Shown piece after piece: positions 1-8,076 of a stretch of DNA of 64,000 bases; positions within the stretch are counted from its first letter, which is position 1; every line of letters begins with the position of its first letter. Source of the DNA: an uncultured Solirubrobacterales bacterium (GTDB lineage: Bacteria; Actinomycetota; Thermoleophilia; Solirubrobacterales; Solirubrobacteraceae); assembly GCA_963813765.1 (NCBI GenBank), contig CAWFAB010000001.1:652792-716791 (forward strand), in the 5' to 3' direction. Under the pieces are notes generated by a model. It was not told where the DNA came from. It saw only the letters and a list, made by a program, of their open reading frames with translations, and ran no database searches. A program made the position numbers and the translations under genes.

Positions 1-603
1 GTCGGTACCCCCGCAGCGTTCCTGCTGGCCACCAGATCCTTCCCGGGGAAGTCCATCGTCGTCACGCTCGTCGAGCTGCCCCTGGTGCTGCCTCCGGCAG
101 CGGCCGGAATCGGGCTGCTCGCGGCGCTCGGCCCCCACGGCCTGCTCGGGGGGGCGCTGAGTGACGCGCACATCCAGCTGGTGTTCCAGACCGCGGGAGT
201 GGTGATCGCGCTGGTGTTCGTCGCCTCCCCGTTCTACCTGCGCCAGGCGCAGAGTGCGTTCGCGTCGGTCGATCGCTCCTATCTGGACGCCTCCCGGACC
301 CTCGGAGCCGGGCAGGCGCAGACCTTCGTGCGCGTGGCGATCCCGATGGCGCGCTCCGGTTTGATGGCCGGTCTGGCGCTCGCCTGGGGGCGCGCCCTCG
401 GGGAGTTCGGGGCGACGCTGATGTTCGCGGGGTCCATTCAGGGGATCACCCAGACCGTCCCGCTCGCCATCTATGACCGCTTCGCCACAGACTTCCACAG
501 CGCGGTGGCGCTGTCTGCGATCCTCGTGATCGTCTCGGCGAGCCTGCTGCTGTCCGTCAAGCTCCTCTCCGGCCCGGAAGCGCTCGGCGGTGCTGCGCGC
601 TGA
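1..603 (+). CDS. modB: Molybdate ABC transporter permease (5' end outside window)
   Basis: Frame open from base 1 (VGTPAAFLLA...ELPLVLPP); EAA-like loop DASRTLGA; RALGEFGAT motif typical of ModB. Confidence 0.92.
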   Translation, partial: VGTPAAFLLATRSFPGKSIVVTLVELPLVLPPAAAGIGLLAALGPHGLLGGALSDAHIQLVFQTAGVVIALVFVASPFYLRQAQSAFASVDRSYLDASRTLGAGQAQTFVRVAIPMARSGLMAGLALAWGRALGEFGATLMFAGSIQGITQTVPLAIYDRFATDFHSAVALSAILVIVSASLLLSVKLLSGPEALGGAAR

Positions 604-1405
604 GCTCGCCGGCACCGTGGGCGACTTCGACCTGGAGGTGTCGCTGCGGGTGGACGCCGGGCGCTGCCTCGCCCTGGCGGGCCCCTCCGGAGCGGGCAAG
701 AGCACGATCCTGCGGCTGATCGCCGGCGCCGCAACGCCCCTTCGCGGCCGGATCCTCTGCGGCGAGCAGGTGTGGCTGGACACCGAGCGCCGCGTGGACG
801 CGCCGCCGGAGCTGCGGCGTTGCGGCTACGTCTTTCAGGACTACGCGCTGTTTCCCCATCTGTGCGCGTGGCGGAACGTCGCCTATGGGCTGGGCGACCT
901 GCCCCGTTCCCGGCGCCGCGCGCGGGCGCTCGAGCTGCTGGAGCGTCTGGGGCTCGGCGATCGCGCGGAGGCTCGGCCGGCGACGCTCTCGGGCGGGGAG
1001 CGCCAGCGCGTGGCGCTCGCGCGAGCCCTGGCCCGGCGGGGGGATGTGCTGCTGCTCGACGAGCCGCTCTCGGCGCTCGACGCACGCGCTCGCGCCGGCG
1101 CGGCCCGCACCGTGGCCGAGATCCTGCGCGAGAGCGAGGCGCCCGCGATCCTCGTCACCCATGACTTCGCCGACGCGGCGCTGCTCGGCGACGAAGTCGC
1201 CGTGATCGACCGTGGCCGCATCGCCCAGCAGGGGAGCGCGAGCAACCTCGCCGCCGCGCCGGGGTCCGCCTTCGTCGCGGACTTCACCGGCGCGGTGGTG
1301 CTCACCGGGATCGCCCGCCCGGGAGCGGACGGCCTGACCACGGTTGCGCTCGACGGAGGGGGAGGGGGAGGGGAGAGGGAGGAGGAGAGGGAGGAGGAGA
1401 GGTGA
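590..1405 (+). CDS. modC: Molybdate ABC transporter ATPase (ATPase domain; TOBE part in next ORF)
   Basis: Walker A GPSGAGKS, VFQDYALFPHL, LSGGERQRVALARAL, LLLDEP, VTHD; overlaps modB. Confidence 0.9.
   Translation: MLRAELAGTVGDFDLEVSLRVDAGRCLALAGPSGAGKSTILRLIAGAATPLRGRILCGEQVWLDTERRVDAPPELRRCGYVFQDYALFPHLCAWRNVAYGLGDLPRSRRRARALELLERLGLGDRAEARPATLSGGERQRVALARALARRGDVLLLDEPLSALDARARAGAARTVAEILRESEAPAILVTHDFADAALLGDEVAVIDRGRIAQQGSASNLAAAPGSAFVADFTGAVVLTGIARPGADGLTTVALDGGGGGGEREEEREEER
1356..1402 (+). repeat. Purine-only low-complexity tract (GGAGGG/GAGGAG units) at the modC split
   Basis: ggagggggagggggaggggagagggaggaggagagggaggaggagagg read directly. Confidence 0.85.
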
Positions 1406-1695
1406 GCGCGATCGCGAGCGGTCCGAGCACGGGCCCGGTGGCGCTCAGCGTCTACCCGTGGGAGATCGTCATCCAGCCGCCCGGCGCGGCGCCCGGCGGC
1501 TCGGCGCAGAACCGCCTGCCGGCCCGGGTCTTCTCGGTGACGAGCGTGGGCAACCGGGTGAGGGTCGGCCTGCAGGCCTCTCAGCCGCTCGTCGCCGAGA
1601 TCACCCAGACCGCGGCGCGCGAGCTGGGGCTCGACGTCGGGTCACACGTGATCGCCTCCTGGAAGGCCACCGCGACGCGGCTGGTCGAGCTGTAG
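1402..1695 (+). CDS. TOBE domain, the separated C-terminal part of ModC
   Basis: SAQNRL...V...GNRVRV...AEIT..AARELGL..G..VIASWKATA is the ModC/Mop TOBE signature. Confidence 0.8.
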   Translation: MSAIASGPSTGPVALSVYPWEIVIQPPGAAPGGSAQNRLPARVFSVTSVGNRVRVGLQASQPLVAEITQTAARELGLDVGSHVIASWKATATRLVEL

Positions 1696-1747
1696 CGCTG
1701 GGCCGCTCAACGCACGAGGCGGCCGTTCGAACTGTGGCGCGGGGGAG

Positions 1748-2947
1748 TCAGGCCGCGCTCCAGGACCCTCCCGCCAGCTCGCCGATCAGGCCCTCCAGCG
1801 CCTGCGCGTGCTCGGCGCGCGCCGCGGGATCGTCCCCGACCGTCACCTGCCGCAGCATCGCGTCGCAGAGGCGGCACTCCTCGCAGTCGCGTGCCCCGCC
1901 GCAGCCCCCGCGCGCGTGCAGGGCGCGTGTCAGCTTGCCCAGCCGCGTGTTGTCGATGTGGATGGGGGGGCGCCGGTAGGGCTCGGGCCCCCGCTCGCTC
2001 GCGAGCGCCGCGGTCATCGGGTGGCTGGAGAAGTCCACGGCGGGCGTCGCCAGCAGGTCCATGAAGTTCCCCTCGTAGCTGGTGCGCGCGTAGGCGGCAA
2101 CCATCCTGAGGATGCTCTGAAGCGGCAGCTGCCGGCCGGCGATCTTGAACAGCTCGATTCCGAAGCGCTCGTGGTAGTAGGGCAGATCCTCGGGTCGGAT
2201 CCAGGGAGAGCGCAGGATCTCGACCGGGTCGTGCGCGCGGATCGCCGAGCACTTCAGCAGCGGGTAGTCGATGTAGCCGAGCGCGGGCCTCTCGCTACGG
2301 GATCCCTGGGTGCACAGCGTGTTGTGGTAATTGCGGTACGGGCAGAAGCGCAGGCAGCCGTTGTTGACGACCAGCGACAGCTCCACGCCGGCCGCCCGCA
2401 CGAGCTGCTCGAGCAGTGGGAGGTCGCGGTTGCACTCCTCCGCGAGCTGCACGCGCTGTACCCCGTGACGTTCGAACAGGCGCAGGCCATGGGTGGTGTC
2501 GACCTCGCAGATCACCGACACGCTCACCGGCAGCTCCGGGAACTCCGCGCGGACGAGCTCGATCAGGTAGGGCACCGCGATCGTCACCATGTCGACCCCC
2601 GTCTCGGCCACTTCGCCGACGTACTCGACGATCTCCTTCCGCCCCGCGTCGGTGTACTCGGTCATGTTCAAGCAGGCCGCGTTCAGCAGGTAGTTGACCC
2701 GGATCCCCGACCCGTGCGCGCGCTCGGTGAAGCGGCGCACGTGCTCGAACGTCGGCGATCCGCCGTGCTGGACGAGCCTGCGCGCCGGCCTGCCGCTCCC
2801 CACCACCGAGCGCGACAGCGCGCCGTACACCTCGTGGATGCGGCCGGTGTCGGCCTGCAGCGGCTCCAGGCCGTCGAGCAGCTCGGGCTCGAAGCGGCTG
2901 GGGACGCATATCTTGATGCCGCGCGACGCCTGGCGCTCGGCGGGCAC
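1748..2947 (-). CDS. Peptidase U32 family Fe-S protein (UbiU/UbiV/TrhP-like fold)
   Basis: NYLLNAAC, NRDLPLL, NNGCLRFCPY...C...C Cys cluster, WIRPEDL, FKIAGR; extra C-terminal CxxxxxCxxCxxC. Confidence 0.8.
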   Translation of the reverse strand: MPAERQASRGIKICVPSRFEPELLDGLEPLQADTGRIHEVYGALSRSVVGSGRPARRLVQHGGSPTFEHVRRFTERAHGSGIRVNYLLNAACLNMTEYTDAGRKEIVEYVGEVAETGVDMVTIAVPYLIELVRAEFPELPVSVSVICEVDTTHGLRLFERHGVQRVQLAEECNRDLPLLEQLVRAAGVELSLVVNNGCLRFCPYRNYHNTLCTQGSRSERPALGYIDYPLLKCSAIRAHDPVEILRSPWIRPEDLPYYHERFGIELFKIAGRQLPLQSILRMVAAYARTSYEGNFMDLLATPAVDFSSHPMTAALASERGPEPYRRPPIHIDNTRLGKLTRALHARGGCGGARDCEECRLCDAMLRQVTVGDDPAARAEHAQALEGLIGELAGGSWSAA

Positions 2948-2951
2948 GGGT

Positions 2952-4112
2952 CTAGCTCTCCACGAGGTACATCATCCCGTTGGCGTCGAACGACGCCGAC
3001 GCCCACGTCTTGAACCACCGATCCTCGATCCGCGAGGCCAGGCGCTCGTCCTGTGCTGCGGCCCCCTCATACCCCGCCATCAACTGCGGCGCTCGGATCA
3101 CCATGGTGGCGTAGTCGAGCAGCTCCCAGTTGGTGTCGAGCGGCTCGCCCGTCTGGGGGTTGGCGGGCTGCACCTCGACGTTCGTGACCGGGATGCCGAC
3201 CGACTCGTCCACGTACCAGCTCGGATGCGACGCGAGGATCGGGCCGGTCTCGGTGAGCCCGAACACGGTCAGGATCGGCACGTCCAGCGCCTTGCGCGCC
3301 TTGCGCCGGTCGCCCGCCGCGAACGGGCGGTCCGTGGAGAGCATCAGGCCACGCAGGTTGCGCCTCAGGCTGTCCGCCAGCCGGCGCGGCCGGCCGCGGG
3401 AGAGGTCTCGCAGGATCTCGAACGGGGCCAGCGCGTAGGCAACCCTGTGATCGTCGATGAGGTCCGCCACCCGGTCGTTCGCTCCCTCGGGGCCGCAGAG
3501 GACCGCGGTGCCGCCCAGGTAGAGGGGCACGAGTGCGCTGTACAGGCCCTCCCACGTCCACAGGGGCATCGCGCAGAGCCAGGCCTCCGCCCGATCGAGC
3601 TCGAGAAACGCCGCAAGCGAGAGCGCGCCGCTCGCGAGCGAGTAGTGCGAGTGGCCGGCGGCCCAGCCGTCCGCGCTCACGAGGTCCACGGCCGGCTCGT
3701 GCACGTCGGCCACGGCGCCCGCGCCGAGCGCCGCGGCCACCTCGGCCGCGGCGGGAGAGTCGGGGTCCAGCAGGATCGCCCTGGAGCGCGCCGCGAGGGC
3801 GCCGATCAGCGCGACCACCCCGTCGACGCCCGTGGGCCCCACCAACGCGTGCCGCTCGCCCTGCCCGTCTCCTTCGCCCTCCCTGTTCTCTCTGCCCTGC
3901 TCCCGGATGGCGTCGGCCACGGCCTGCGCGCGGGACCACAGCTCGGCGTAGGTGATCGCGCCGTCCCCGTCGACCACCGCGACGGCGTCGGGCCGGCGGC
4001 GCGACCAGCGCTCGGCCATCAGTCTGTCGCAGAACATCGGCGGCACCCCCAGCAGGCGGGGCACGTCGTCCGGCCAGTACCACGAGGGGTTGATCGCTAT
4101 CGTCTTGGCCAT
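2952..4112 (-). CDS. Degenerate AMP-binding (ANL superfamily) protein lacking the C-terminal subdomain
   Basis: ITYAEL, FGLTETGP, SVGIPV, RAPQLMAGY motifs; no TSGTTG P-loop; ends at the hinge region. Confidence 0.7.
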   Translation of the reverse strand: MAKTIAINPSWYWPDDVPRLLGVPPMFCDRLMAERWSRRRPDAVAVVDGDGAITYAELWSRAQAVADAIREQGRENREGEGDGQGERHALVGPTGVDGVVALIGALAARSRAILLDPDSPAAAEVAAALGAGAVADVHEPAVDLVSADGWAAGHSHYSLASGALSLAAFLELDRAEAWLCAMPLWTWEGLYSALVPLYLGGTAVLCGPEGANDRVADLIDDHRVAYALAPFEILRDLSRGRPRRLADSLRRNLRGLMLSTDRPFAAGDRRKARKALDVPILTVFGLTETGPILASHPSWYVDESVGIPVTNVEVQPANPQTGEPLDTNWELLDYATMVIRAPQLMAGYEGAAAQDERLASRIEDRWFKTWASASFDANGMMYLVES

Positions 4113-5475
4113 CGGGCTCCTCCGTTCGATCGAGCTCCCCGCCGGGTACGCGAGCGTCGCCGACGCGGACGCCGCTGGCCATGCGCGCCTTCCAGCGCTT
4201 GGGAAGCGGTCCGCCGAAGCTGACCTCGGCGGGAAGTTCCAGCGAGCTCGCCAGGTGCTCGCCGGCGAGCTCGGCGAGGCCGGGCGCGCGTGCGTCTCCG
4301 TCGAGCTTCACCACGAGCCGCTCCATCGTGGGCGCTTCGCGGACGATCACCAGCGGCACTCCGGCGAGCGCCGGGATCTCGTCGAGCACCGCGCGCACGT
4401 CATACGGGGCGATCAGCCGGCCCTCCACCTCGACGCAGTCGGCGAGCCGCCCATACAGCTCGACGCGCGGATGGGTGCGTCCACAGGGGCAGTGGCCCGC
4501 GATCAGCTCGCCGAGGTCCTCGGTGTCGAAGCGCACGTACAGGGAGCGGTCGGTCGTCAGGTTCGTGACGACCACGGTTCCCCGCCGGCCCGGCCCGAGC
4601 GGCTCGCCCGTCCGCGGGTTGAGGACCTCGACGTGATGGTGGTCCCACCAGATGTGGTGGCCCTCGTGGGCCGGGCAGTCCGCCCCGCCCCACAGGCCGT
4701 CGCTGGAGCCGCCGCGCTCGAAGAGGTCGTCGAGGCCGAGCTGCTCGACGAGCAGCCGGCGCTGGCCGGGGCTCACCGGTTCGCCCACCACCATCGCGTA
4801 GCGCACGGGCTCGAACAGCTCGAGCACGTCCATCCCCCGCGCGATCGCCTCCTCGACGATCGCGTGCAGCATCGTCGTGACGGTCAGCAGGTACTCGGGG
4901 CGGTGCGCGGCGATCAGCTCGATCGCTCCTCCGGCGAAGCGCGGCACGAACGTCCCGAAGGGGCAGATGACCTTCGCCTCCATCCACTCCAGCGCCCGGC
5001 TGTCGAGCATGCTGAGGTGGTGCCAGGCGGGGTACTGGCACATGACGCGCATCCCCGGGCGCATGCCGTCCATCCGAAACTCGCGCAGTACCTCGCGCGA
5101 GGAGCCCTCCTCGATCTCGCGCTCCCCAAGCATCGCGAACGTCGGGAACCCGAGCGTCCCGGAGGTGAGCACGACCGTGGCCGCCCCGCCGTCGAGCGCC
5201 TCGATGCCCGTTGTGTAGCCGCCGCCACGCCTCAGCTCTCCGATCAGATCGCCCTTGCGGAAGGTCGAGACGGTCGCGGCGAACTCCTCGAAGCTCTCGA
5301 TTGCCGAGGCGTCGATCTGGGCGAGTCGCTCTTTGTAGAACGGCAGCCGCGCGGCCCGTTCGAGCACTCCCCGCAGACGCTCCAGCGCCAGGGCCTCCAG
5401 GCGCTCGCGGGGCAGCGTCTCGATCTCCTCCATTTCGGCCGGCCCCCGGACGGCGACGGTCGTGGTGCTGCTCAT
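4097..5475 (-). CDS. Phenylacetate-CoA ligase (PaaK)-like protein; 3' end uncertain (probable frameshift)
   Basis: ETLPRERLEAL, TSGTLGFP, GEP, HHHVEVLNPRTGEP, VVTNL, VRFDTEDL, CPCGRTHPR, GRLAD; in-frame stop missing near 4150. Confidence 0.8.
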
Positions 5476-5990
5476 GCGGGCCTCCCGGCCGCAACGAACA
5501 GCTCGGCGTCGCGGCGCGCGATCAGCCCGACGCCGCCGGGCCAGCGGCTCTCCCACAGCGCGCGCTCGCGGGGCGTCGGCGTGTCGCCGTCGGCGCTCAC
5601 CACAAGCTTCGCCGTGCGCTGCTCCACCGGCAGCGCGGTCGGCCCGGTGAGCAGCAGCGGGACCAGTTCGGCGCGAGCGAACAGGAAGTGCGGCTCGAAA
5701 TGGCGGACGACATGCGCGAGGCGCCCGACGTTGTCCGTCAGGCCATCCACGCACACCGCCATGGCGCCCGTCCGCTCGGCGGCGCCACTCTCGAGATAGG
5801 GCGTGAACGCCCGCGATGCGAGGTACACGAGCGGGCTCGACCCGTAGTCGTAGATCACCACACGGTCGCCTTCGCCGACCCCAAGCACGCGCCAGGCGTC
5901 GCCAAGCGCCTCCGCGTACTCTGCGAGCGCCGCCCGCGAAAGCTCCACGAAGCCGGCCCGGGGGGCCTCCAACTGGACGGTGAGCGTCAA
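5472..5990 (-). CDS. Small PaaK-like (ANL N-terminal fragment) protein
   Basis: TTG start overlapping upstream stop; LGVGEGDRVVIY...GAAERTGA resembles the PaaK N-domain; stop overlaps next ATG. Confidence 0.55.
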   Translation of the reverse strand: MTLTVQLEAPRAGFVELSRAALAEYAEALGDAWRVLGVGEGDRVVIYDYGSSPLVYLASRAFTPYLESGAAERTGAMAVCVDGLTDNVGRLAHVVRHFEPHFLFARAELVPLLLTGPTALPVEQRTAKLVVSADGDTPTPRERALWESRWPGGVGLIARRDAELFVAAGRPA

Positions 5991-6526
5991 ACCAGCCCCC
6001 CGTTCACGAGCGACACGCCGAGCACCGCGATGACCACCGCGACGGCCAGATCGGCACGCATCACGATCGTCATCCAGCGCGCCGCGCTCATCATCCGCTC
6101 CTGGCGCCGCTCTCGCTCGGCCTGGGAGAGCGTCGGGTCGATCCTGCCGACGAGCACCGGCCGCAGCCCGAACGTGGCCACGAGGCCGAGCCCGGCCAGC
6201 ACGCACCAGAGCCCGAACATCGTGAAGACCGTCTGGCCGTAGGAGCTTGTGGCGGTCGCGTGCGTGAGGAAGAACGTGCCCGGGAACGCGAGCAGGTGCA
6301 TGTAGCCCAGCCTCAGCACCCCGGTGATCAGGATCACGAGCAGCGCGGTCCAGGAGATGATCATCTGGCGGTCGCCCGCCTTGCGGCTCACCACCGCGCT
6401 CTGCGCGGGCGCGACGGCGTTCGCCGCCGGCGTCAGCACGATCTCGGCGTAGAAGAGCCCGCCGATGTAGACGGCGAAGGCCAGATCGTGGAGGATCTGG
6501 TAGAGGACTTCCCAGTTCAGATTCAC
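5987..6526 (-). CDS. Four-helix membrane protein (CopD/DUF4149-like)
   Basis: LHDLAFAVYIGG, four hydrophobic segments, ILITG motif. Confidence 0.65.
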   Translation of the reverse strand: MNLNWEVLYQILHDLAFAVYIGGLFYAEIVLTPAANAVAPAQSAVVSRKAGDRQMIISWTALLVILITGVLRLGYMHLLAFPGTFFLTHATATSSYGQTVFTMFGLWCVLAGLGLVATFGLRPVLVGRIDPTLSQAERERRQERMMSAARWMTIVMRADLAVAVVIAVLGVSLVNGGLV

Positions 6527-6589
6527 CCTGCCGCCCCGCTCTCGGTGTGGGGGTCCGGCGGGACTCCGGCGTTCAGATTCACCCTGCCG
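6515..6589. repeat. 19-bp perfect direct repeat duplicating a stop/start junction
   Basis: gttcagattcaccctgccg at 6515-6533 and 6571-6589. Confidence 0.9.
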
Positions 6590-8076
6590 GCCCGCCGTCG
6601 GCGTAGGGGTCGGGCTCGCCCGGGTGCCACCTCGCGAAGTGCTCGCGGATCTGCGGCGTGACCGCGTAGGGCTCGCCACCCCCGTTCGCCGACACCTGGA
6701 AGCGGCGGTAGAAGTGGACGTCGAGGTGGTGCACCTGGATCGAGGTGTGCGCGTGCAGCGGGTTGGTGAACGCCGGCGCGCACCCGTAGGTGTCAACGAT
6801 GTACTTCACGGTTTCGATCACGGCGGTCTCGACCCACTCGGCCGAGATGTGCGCGCGCGGGTGCTCGAGCACCTCCTCCATGATCTCCGGCGTGTAGGGA
6901 CCGCCGTGCTCGAGCGCGTAGTTGCGCTCCTGGGCGAGCGGACCGCCGGGCCGGTAGCGCAGCTCCCTGACGTAGCGCACCGCGCTCTCCACCGTCGGGA
7001 AGCGCTCGGAGGGCACCACCACCGCCTCCTTCACGCCGGGGAGCCCGGTGGCGGTCATCACCGCGGCCGGGTTGCGCTCGACGTCGCGCTGCATGTAGTC
7101 GAAGCCGAGCCCCCTGGCCACGTCGGGGAAGCCCCCCAGCACCATGTCGCTGGAGTAGACGCCCAGCCGCCAGGCGCCCAGCCCGAGCGCCTCGCATGCC
7201 AGCCGCACGTTCTGCTGCAGCGCACCCGCCTGGCTTGCGTGCTCGAACGCCACCATCTCGTCGAACGACGGGATCGGCCAGCCCGTCTCCATGAAGCCCG
7301 GCTTGACCCAGATGTCGCAGCCCGCGGGCGAGAAGTCCTCGGGCTTGGCGAGGAACGTTCCCCACCACTCGTAGCAGGAGAACAGCAGGTTGAACCACTC
7401 CAGCCCGACGTCGCCCACCGGGATCAGCCACGTGCTGCCCGGCCGGTTCACGTTGTACTGCGCCGGGCTCATCATGTCCACCGAGCGGGTGTCCTCCGGG
7501 GCGGCGTGCCAGCCGATGTCCGGGCGGCGGTCGGAGACCTGCACAAGGCCCGCTCGGTACCACTCGAGCACCTTGGCGTAGTCCTCGGGCGAGCGGATCT
7601 CGATCGGGCCCGAGCGGTCCTCGCCCGGGCGGTAGACGTGCGTGCCGCGGTCGTTGACCACGAACAGGTCGATCGACGGGTTGGAGTCGCCGCCGGGCAC
7701 CGTCCGGCCCGCCCAGCTGAGCAGGCTCGAGAGGTTGCCGTGCAGCGGGATGTCCGCCAGCGCGATCCCGTTGGGCCCGCAGGCCGCCCAGCAGATCAGC
7801 GCCTCCTCGAGCTCCGACAGCGGTACAGGGTCATGCGCCGAGGTGAACGCCAGCGGGCCCTTGGCCTGCTTGACGGTCCTGCCGCTCGACCACTTCGAGC
7901 ACCTCCGCCTCGCCGGTCTCGCAGCGGTAGCCGAGCCCCACCCGGCGCGTGCGCAAGGTCGAGAGCAGCTTGAAGAACGGCGGCGTCGCCTCGAACGCGT
8001 GCCCGAGCCGGTCGCGCTCGGAGTCGGTCAACGCCGCGCCGGGCGGCGCCGTGAGGGTCTGGCTGATCTCTGTCAT
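6579..8076 (-). CDS. Nitroreductase-like fold protein (~500 aa, one frameshift near 7890)
   Basis: MTEIS start overlapping alpha-subunit stop; RTRR..G, PVPLSELEEALICWAACG, QNVRLACEALGLGAW motifs. Confidence 0.6.
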
